Shown here piece by piece: positions 57,368-64,000 of a stretch of 64,000 bases of DNA. Location of the stretch: NCBI RefSeq assembly GCF_055900595.2, contig NZ_CM148325.1; one strand, 5' to 3'. The first letter of the stretch is position 1. Every line of letters starts with the position of its first letter. Made by a program: the position numbers and the translations under genes. The notes below the pieces were generated by a model, which saw nothing but the letters and a program-made list of their open reading frames with translations, made no database searches and had not been told where the DNA came from.

Positions 57368-57808
57368 GTGATGGACAACAAAATATCAACCTATTCTCCG
57401 GCATTTAGTATTGTGTCATGGATAGCTCTTGTTGGTGGTATCGTTACCTATCTATTAGGGCTATGGAATGCAGAGATGCAGTTAAATGAAAAAGGATATT
57501 ATTTTGCCGTGCTGGTGCTAGGACTGTTTTCTGCGGCATCTTATCAAAAGACCGTTCGGGACAAGTATGAAGGCATACCGACCACCTCCATTTATTATAT
57601 GACCTGCCTGACTGTCTTTATTATCTCTGTTGCGTTATTGATGGTAGGTCTGTGGAATGCGACGTTATTACTCAGCGAAAAAGGTTTTTATGGGCTGGCT
57701 TTCTTCTTAAGCTTGTTTGGTGCAGTAGCGGTGCAGAAGAATATTCGTGATGCCGGAATAAACCCACCAAAAGAAACACAGGTTACCCAGGAAGAATACA
57801 GCGAATAA
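57368..57808 (+). CDS. yiaB: Inner-membrane protein YiaB
   Basis: Hydrophobic ORF with two LGLWN...EKG(Y/F)Y repeats; start codon uncertain. Confidence 0.7.
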
Positions 57809-57849
57809 TTCACGTAAGCCCGGTCAGTCCAAGGTGACCGGGCTTTTAT

Positions 57850-58845
57850 TTAACTCACTAGTCTGTTTCTGTCGATTCGTTGTACCAGCACAGAAAGTAA
57901 CAAACTCGCTGCCAACGTCGCGCAAAAGATCCAAATAATATCGAGTATTGGCCAGTTTTTAAGCTCAATCCCCCGGGTACGCAGTGCATGGATAATCAAG
58001 GCGTGGAATCCGTATATACCCAACGAATGGCGGGAGATTAAGCCAAGTCCGCGAATGGTACGCGTATCCAGCGTGTTTTTAACCAGAGTCAATAGCGTGA
58101 TTGCGCAGATAAAAACCATCGGCCCACAGTAAAGATACCAGGTATCGGCAAAATTTCCGCGCCACTGCAATTCATATAATGTCCCGCGAGAGATAATAAA
58201 AACCCCCGTCGCAAACAGTGCGGCGCACACCCACGACAGTGCTTTATGCTGTGTGTCCATCATCCCTATAGCGCGGCCCAACATGCCATACAGGATGTAG
58301 TAAAAAGTATCGCCATTGATATATAAGTTAATTGGCAGCCATTCAAAACCGTCAATTTTCTGCGGCACTGTGTTTGGGTTAGCGATAATACCAATCACCA
58401 CCATTAGTACCAGCAACATTTTTCCGCCGACGTTCTTCACCTGAATCAGCGGTGAAACCAGATAAATCACCGCAATCGCGAAGAAAAACCATAAGTGGTA
58501 AAACACTGGCTTTTGCAGCAGGTTTTTCAGCGCTAACTCCACATTGATGGAGGTAAACAGCGCAATGTAGAGCAGTGCGATTGCGCTATAAAAAAGCAGA
58601 CATAAGCCGATACGTAAGAAATGGCGCGGCTGGGCGCTGCGTTCGCCAAAAAAGAGATAGCCGGAAATCATGAAAAATAGCGGAACGCTGACACGAGAGG
58701 CAGAATTCAGAACATTGGCGATATCCCAGGTGACGGGGCTAACACTATGAGCATTGGTCACATACCAGGTAGTGGTGTGAATCATCACCACCATTAAACA
58801 CGCTATCCCTCGCAGGTTATCAATCCAGTAAATTTTGGGCTGCAT
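57850..58845 (-). CDS. wecH: Membrane O-acetyltransferase (acyltransferase-3 family)
   Basis: 331-aa polytopic membrane ORF recognised as WecH/YiaH. Confidence 0.85.
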   Translation of the reverse strand: MQPKIYWIDNLRGIACLMVVMIHTTTWYVTNAHSVSPVTWDIANVLNSASRVSVPLFFMISGYLFFGERSAQPRHFLRIGLCLLFYSAIALLYIALFTSINVELALKNLLQKPVFYHLWFFFAIAVIYLVSPLIQVKNVGGKMLLVLMVVIGIIANPNTVPQKIDGFEWLPINLYINGDTFYYILYGMLGRAIGMMDTQHKALSWVCAALFATGVFIISRGTLYELQWRGNFADTWYLYCGPMVFICAITLLTLVKNTLDTRTIRGLGLISRHSLGIYGFHALIIHALRTRGIELKNWPILDIIWIFCATLAASLLLSVLVQRIDRNRLVS

Positions 58846-59019
58846 CTGTGTCTCTGTATCTGGTTAAAAAAAGTCTGACCGATAAATCATTCGGTTGGCG
58901 CACTGGAATAATCTGAGTTTTATCACTACAGCTTATAGAGGCTTGAGGAAATTCGTAAGATATCAGCCACTATACCGATATAAATAATAAGACTCACCTG
59001 CAAACCAGACGGTAATTTA

Positions 59020-59319
59020 ATGATGATGAACTCTTTCTTTCTGGCAATGGCGCTTGTAGTGTTAGTGGGATGCTCGACACCGCCACCCGTGCAGAAAGCA
59101 CAACGGGTAAAGGTTGATCCTCTGCGTTCGTTGAATATGGAAGCGTTATGCAAGGATCAGGCGGCAAAACGTTATAACACCGGTGAGCAAAAAATCGACG
59201 TCACCGCCTTCGAACAGTTCCAGGGAAGCTACGAAATGCGCGGTTATACCTTCCGGAAAGAGCAGTTTGTCTGTTCTTTTGACGCGGATGGCCATTTTTT
59301 GCATCTTTCCATGCGTTAA
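59020..59319 (+). CDS. ysaB: Small lipoprotein YsaB
   Basis: 99-aa ORF with signal peptide and lipobox LVGCS. Confidence 0.75.
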   Translation: MMMNSFFLAMALVVLVGCSTPPPVQKAQRVKVDPLRSLNMEALCKDQAAKRYNTGEQKIDVTAFEQFQGSYEMRGYTFRKEQFVCSFDADGHFLHLSMR

Positions 59320-59413
59320 GCCCTGCTTTTTCCCGTTTCGTACTGTATATCTTCCATCCAGCGGGTATACTGATCCCTTCCTTTAAATCCACACGTATCC
59401 AGCACGAAATAAT

Positions 59414-60325
59414 ATGCAAAAGTTTGATACCAGGACCTTCCAGGGCTTGATCCTGACCTTACAGGATTACTGGGCTCGCCAGGGCTGCACCATTGTTCAA
59501 CCATTGGACATGGAAGTCGGCGCGGGAACCTCTCACCCAATGACCTGTCTGCGCGCGCTGGGGCCAGAACCGATGGCGGCTGCTTATGTTCAGCCTTCTC
59601 GTCGCCCGACCGATGGTCGCTACGGCGAGAACCCCAACCGTTTACAGCACTACTATCAGTTCCAGGTGGTCATTAAGCCATCGCCGGACAATATTCAGGA
59701 GCTGTACCTTGGTTCTCTGAAAGAGCTGGGCATGGATCCGACTATCCACGATATCCGTTTCGTGGAAGATAACTGGGAAAACCCGACTTTGGGTGCCTGG
59801 GGACTGGGCTGGGAAGTGTGGCTGAACGGCATGGAAGTGACGCAGTTCACTTACTTCCAGCAGGTTGGTGGTCTGGAGTGTAAACCGGTTACCGGCGAGA
59901 TCACCTACGGTCTGGAACGTCTGGCCATGTACATTCAGGGCGTAGACAGCGTTTACGACCTGGTCTGGAGCGACGGTCCGCTGGGTAAAACCACCTACGG
60001 CGACGTGTTCCATCAGAACGAAGTGGAGCAGTCCACTTACAACTTCGAATACGCGGATGTGGACTTCCTGTTCACCTGCTTCGAGCAATACGAGAAAGAA
60101 GCGCAGCAGCTGCTGGCGCTGGAAAATCCGCTGCCGTTGCCAGCCTACGAGCGTATTCTGAAAGCCGCCCACAGCTTCAACCTGCTGGATGCGCGTAAAG
60201 CCATCTCCGTCACTGAGCGTCAGCGCTATATTCTGCGCATTCGCACCCTGACCAAAGCAGTGGCAGAAGCATACTACGCTTCCCGTGAAGCCCTCGGCTT
60301 CCCGATGTGCAACAAAGATAAGTAA
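59414..60325 (+). CDS. glyQ: Glycine--tRNA ligase alpha subunit
   Basis: 303-aa ORF recognised as GlyQ. Confidence 0.97.
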
Positions 60326-60334
60326 GAGGCGGCT

Positions 60335-62404
60335 ATGTCTGAGAAAACTTTTCTGGTGGAAATCGGCACTGAAGAGCTGCCACCAAAAGCACTGCGCAGC
60401 CTGGCTGAGTCCTTTGCTGCGAACTTTACTGCGGAGCTGGATAACGCTGGCCTCGCACATGGCACCGTTCAATGGTTTGCTGCTCCGCGTCGTCTGGCGC
60501 TGAAAGTAGCTAACCTGGCGGAAGCGCAACCGGATCGTGAAATCGAAAAACGCGGCCCGGCGATTGCCCAGGCGTTCGACGCTGAAGGCAAACCGAGCAA
60601 AGCGGCAGAAGGCTGGGCGCGTGGTTGCGGTATTACCGTTGACCAGGCTGAGCGTCTGACTACCGATAAAGGCGAATGGCTGCTGTATCGCGCCCACGTG
60701 AAGGGCGAAAGCACTGAAGCACTGTTGCCGAATATGGTTGCGACTTCGCTGGCGAAACTGCCGATCCCGAAACTGATGCGTTGGGGTGCAAGCGACGTGC
60801 ACTTCGTGCGTCCGGTGCACACCGTGACCCTGCTGCTGGGCGACAAAGTTATTCCGGCTACCATTCTGGGCATTCAGTCCGATCGCGTGATTCGCGGCCA
60901 CCGCTTTATGGGCGAGCCGGAATTCACTATCGACAATGCTGATCAGTATCCGGAAATTTTGCGTGAGCGCGGGAAAGTCATCGCCGATTACGAAGAACGT
61001 AAGGCGAAGATTAAAGCCGATGCCGAAGAAGCGGCGCGTAAGATTGGCGGTAACGCTGACTTAAGCGAAAGCCTGTTGGAAGAAGTCGCTTCGCTGGTGG
61101 AATGGCCGGTTGTGCTTACCGCAAAATTCGAAGAGAAATTCCTCGCGGTGCCGTCTGAAGCGCTGGTTTACACCATGAAAGGTGACCAGAAATACTTCCC
61201 GGTGTATGCGAACGACGGCAAACTGCTGCCGAACTTTATCTTCGTTGCCAATATCGAATCGAAAGATCCGCAGCAAATTATCTCTGGTAACGAGAAAGTC
61301 GTTCGTCCACGTCTGGCGGATGCCGAGTTCTTCTTCAATACCGACCGTAAAAAACGTCTGGAAGATAATCTGCCGCGCCTGCAAACCGTGCTGTTCCAGC
61401 AACAACTGGGTACGCTGCGCGACAAAACTGACCGCATTCAGGCGCTGGCTGGCTGGATTGCTGAACAGATTGGCGCTGACGTGAATCATGCCACCCGTGC
61501 GGGCCTGCTGTCTAAGTGTGACCTGATGACTAACATGGTCTTCGAGTTCACCGACACTCAGGGCGTTATGGGGATGCACTACGCGCGTCACGATGGCGAA
61601 GCGGAAGATGTTGCCGTGGCGCTGAACGAGCAGTATCAGCCGCGCTTTGCCGGTGATGACCTGCCGTCTAACCCAGTGGCTTGTGCGCTGGCGATTGCTG
61701 ACAAGATGGATACTCTGGCGGGTATCTTCGGTATCGGCCAGCATCCGAAAGGCGACAAAGATCCGTTTGCGCTGCGTCGTGCCGCACTTGGCGTGCTGCG
61801 TATTATCGTTGAGAAGAACCTCAATCTTGACCTGCAAACCCTGACCGAAGAAGCAGTGCGTCTGTATGGCGATAAGCTGACTAATGCCAACGTGGTTGAT
61901 GATGTTATCGACTTTATGCTCGGTCGCTTCCGCGCCTGGTATCAGGACGAAGGTTACACCGTTGACACCATCCAGGCGGTACTGGCGCGTCGTCCGACTC
62001 GTCCGGCTGATTTCGATGCCCGAATGAAAGCGGTATCGCACTTCCGTACCCTGGATGCAGCTGCAGCACTGGCGGCGGCGAACAAGCGTGTATCTAACAT
62101 TCTGGCGAAATCTGACGAAGTGCTGAGCGACCGCGTGAATGCCTCTACTCTGAAAGAGCCGGAAGAAATTAAACTGGCGATGCAGGTTGTGGTGCTACGT
62201 GACAAGCTAGAGCCGTACTTTGCTGAAGGTCGTTACCAGGATGCGCTGGTCGAACTGGCTGAGCTGCGTGAACCGGTTGATGCCTTCTTCGATAAAGTGA
62301 TGGTCATGGTTGATGACAAAGAATTGCGAATCAACCGTCTTACCATGCTGGAGAAACTGCGCGAATTATTCCTGCGAGTTGCGGATATTTCGCTGTTGCA
62401 GTAA
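60335..62404 (+). CDS. glyS: Glycine--tRNA ligase beta subunit
   Basis: 689-aa ORF recognised as GlyS. Confidence 0.97.
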   Translation: MSEKTFLVEIGTEELPPKALRSLAESFAANFTAELDNAGLAHGTVQWFAAPRRLALKVANLAEAQPDREIEKRGPAIAQAFDAEGKPSKAAEGWARGCGITVDQAERLTTDKGEWLLYRAHVKGESTEALLPNMVATSLAKLPIPKLMRWGASDVHFVRPVHTVTLLLGDKVIPATILGIQSDRVIRGHRFMGEPEFTIDNADQYPEILRERGKVIADYEERKAKIKADAEEAARKIGGNADLSESLLEEVASLVEWPVVLTAKFEEKFLAVPSEALVYTMKGDQKYFPVYANDGKLLPNFIFVANIESKDPQQIISGNEKVVRPRLADAEFFFNTDRKKRLEDNLPRLQTVLFQQQLGTLRDKTDRIQALAGWIAEQIGADVNHATRAGLLSKCDLMTNMVFEFTDTQGVMGMHYARHDGEAEDVAVALNEQYQPRFAGDDLPSNPVACALAIADKMDTLAGIFGIGQHPKGDKDPFALRRAALGVLRIIVEKNLNLDLQTLTEEAVRLYGDKLTNANVVDDVIDFMLGRFRAWYQDEGYTVDTIQAVLARRPTRPADFDARMKAVSHFRTLDAAAALAAANKRVSNILAKSDEVLSDRVNASTLKEPEEIKLAMQVVVLRDKLEPYFAEGRYQDALVELAELREPVDAFFDKVMVMVDDKELRINRLTMLEKLRELFLRVADISLLQ

Positions 62405-62420
62405 TAACGTCGTTATTAAA

Positions 62421-62447
62421 AAGCCTGCCATCTGGCAGGCTTTTTTA
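62421..62447 (+). terminator. Intrinsic terminator of glyQS
   Basis: aagcctgcca-tc-tggcaggc hairpin followed by TTTTTT. Confidence 0.8.
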
Positions 62448-62725
62448 TCGCTAAATAATAGAGCAACCTTTAATAATCTTCTGCTGAATAAAGATTGTCT
62501 CATATATTAATTTTATGAGATTTTTTTAGGATTATATCAAGGAGAAGAAACGAACTTATTAAACTAGAATAGCTGCGGGTGCTTGAGACTGTTTGTCTCA
62601 GGTATTCACCGAAAGGCAGACAGAGAAAAGCCCCACCTGACTATAAATCAAAGTGAGGCTACCCTATGCCTGAACACCATAAGGTTAGCCTCTTACTCGT
62701 TGGAAATCAACACAGGAGGCTGGGA

Positions 62726-62878
62726 ATGCCGCAGAAATATAGATTACTTTCTTTAATAGTGATTTGTTGCACGCTTTTATTTTTCACCTGGATGATAAGA
62801 GATTCACTGTGTGAATTGCATATTAAACAGGGGAGTTATGAGCTGGCGGCATTTTTAGCCTGCAATTTGAAAGAGTAA
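62726..62878 (+). CDS. hokA: Hok-family small membrane toxin (50 aa); in-frame upstream extension from 62666 corresponds to mokA
   Basis: MPQKYRLLSLIVICCTLLFFTWMIRDSLCELHIKQGSYELAAFLACNLKE is a typical Hok toxin; SD aggagg at 62714..62719; the 70-aa ORF from 62666 is the Mok-type overlapping frame. Confidence 0.8.
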   Translation: MPQKYRLLSLIVICCTLLFFTWMIRDSLCELHIKQGSYELAAFLACNLKE

Positions 62879-62886
62879 GAGTCTTC

Positions 62887-62912
62887 GGCGGGAAGTTATT
62901 CCCGCCTTTCTT
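62887..62912 (+). terminator. 3' hairpin of the hokA transcript
   Basis: ggcgggaa-gtta-ttcccgcc followed by tttctt. Confidence 0.5.
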
Positions 62913-63003
62913 ACGGCGTTGCGCATTCTCATTGCACCCAAATTTATTTTTCACAAAAATAATAATAGATTTTATTACGCGATCGATTATTTATTTCCTG
63001 AAA

Positions 63004-63040
63004 AACAAATAAAAAAATCCCCGCCAAATGGCAGGGATCT
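63004..63040 (-). terminator. Intrinsic terminator of cspA
   Basis: Minus-strand hairpin (atccctgcc/ggcggggat) followed by a long U-run. Confidence 0.75.
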
Positions 63041-63065
63041 TAGATTCTGTGCTTTTAAGCAGAGA

Positions 63066-63278
63066 TTACAGGCTGGTTACGTTACCAGCTGCCGGGCCTT
63101 TAGCGCCGCTTTCGATGGTGAAGGACACTTTCTGACCTTCGTCCAGAGATTTGTAACCATCGTTCTGGATAGCAGAGAAGTGTACGAACACGTCTTTAGA
63201 GCCATCGTCAGGAGTGATGAAGCCGAAGCCTTTGTCAGCGTTGAACCATTTTACGATACCAGTCATTTTACCGGACAT
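63066..63278 (-). CDS. cspA: Major cold-shock protein CspA
   Basis: 70-aa [73 protein letters not shown]. Confidence 0.97.
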
Positions 63279-63480
63279 AGTGTATTACCTTTAATAATTA
63301 AGTGTGCCTTTCGGCGATATGGCGTGCTTTACAGATTTTGAAGCGTTAAAGGAATGTGCACTACGAGGGGTATCAACGATAACTCTTGAAGGGACTTGCC
63401 TTACTACACTGCTTTAATGGTCTGTACGTCAAACCGTTGATGTGCATTAAGCCACGCATTGGCGGGTGATGCAACAATTA
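63279..63480 (-). promoter_or_regulatory. cspA long 5' UTR (about 160 nt, cold-box region) and promoter with AT-rich UP element
   Basis: Minus-strand sequence ttgcat(-35)...cttaat(-10)...acggtttgacgtacagaccattaaagcagtgtagtaaggcaag... matches the cspA leader as recalled. Confidence 0.8.
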
Positions 63481-63558
63481 TTTTTCATATTTATGATTAA
63501 TCGGTTGGAAAACGGTCCTGTCATCAGGACCGTAAACAGCAATAAAGTGGATAAAAGT

Positions 63559-63849
63559 CTATTCCATCAACTGCTTACTTAATGCCGGGTTGGCTTGAAT
63601 CAAACGCATCAATTTTAGTTCGGCACTTGAAGGCTTCACGCGTCTGGATTCCCATTCCTTTACCATGGCGACTGATACGCCCAAAACCCGGGCGAAATCA
63701 TCGATTTTTAACCCTGTCCCTTTTCGTAACTGCTCAATTTCGGTACAGGACGTTGTTCTGTGCGTCAGGGTAATTTTCTGCGTTTCATCTTTAAAAACAA
63801 TCTGTTCCAGGCTGCTCAACAGCTCATGCATGGGATCTTTATATTCCAT
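63559..63849 (-). CDS. yiaG: HTH (XRE-type) transcriptional regulator YiaG
   Basis: 96-aa ORF with a C-terminal HTH segment (DDFARVLGVSVAMVKEWESRR). Confidence 0.8.
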   Translation of the reverse strand: MEYKDPMHELLSSLEQIVFKDETQKITLTHRTTSCTEIEQLRKGTGLKIDDFARVLGVSVAMVKEWESRRVKPSSAELKLMRLIQANPALSKQLME

Positions 63850-64000
63850 TGAAAACTCCTCAAATCACACTGCGGGATCGTGAATTGCATCGAAGCTCAT
63901 TAAGAATAGTCGGGAAAAACAGACACAGCGGGGTGTAGTCAGGGCATGCTCTGGCTATGATTCGATTCAGCCAGTCATTTAGCGTGACTTATAGCCACCT

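Noticed and set aside
59642-62041. Long minus-strand ORFs of 419 aa and 326 aa
   Set aside because: Antisense to glyQ and glyS, whose plus-strand products are unambiguous.

Overview
This 64 kb window is an Escherichia coli-type chromosomal segment, read in inverted orientation relative to the K-12 map, running trmL - lldDRP - mtlRDA - yibIH - yibF - selAB - yiaY - aldB - yiaWVUT - sgbEUH/lyxK/yiaONMLK - yiaJ - ysaA - avtA - malS - bax - xylRHGF/xylAB - yiaAB - wecH - ysaB - glyQS - hokA - cspA - yiaG. Gene calls come from the six-frame ORF track plus recognition of the translated products; start codons were adjusted where the longest ORF overran a plausible start. All comparisons with K-12 are from memory of the K-12 gene order, not from an alignment. 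The backbone is ordinary core genome. The points worth a second look are: (1) a two-gene adhesin locus between yibL and lldP, made of a SadB-like lipoprotein and a 1603-aa UpaG/EhaG-type trimeric autotransporter with near-identical 213-bp tandem repeats, behind a 570-bp AT-rich leader; (2) a hicA/hicB toxin-antitoxin pair plus a small membrane protein between aldB and yiaW; (3) a three-gene module (AraC-family regulator, GPH-family symporter, GH127-type glycoside hydrolase) beside the sgb/lyx/yia cluster; (4) yiaY split by a frameshift; (5) two paralogous small-membrane-protein + HlyD-family modules (yibI-yibH and yiaW-yiaV) with no cognate pump nearby; (6) a hokA/mokA locus with no IS element next to it; (7) no Rhs element between yibH and yibF. 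No rRNA, tRNA, CRISPR array, transposase or integrase was found.
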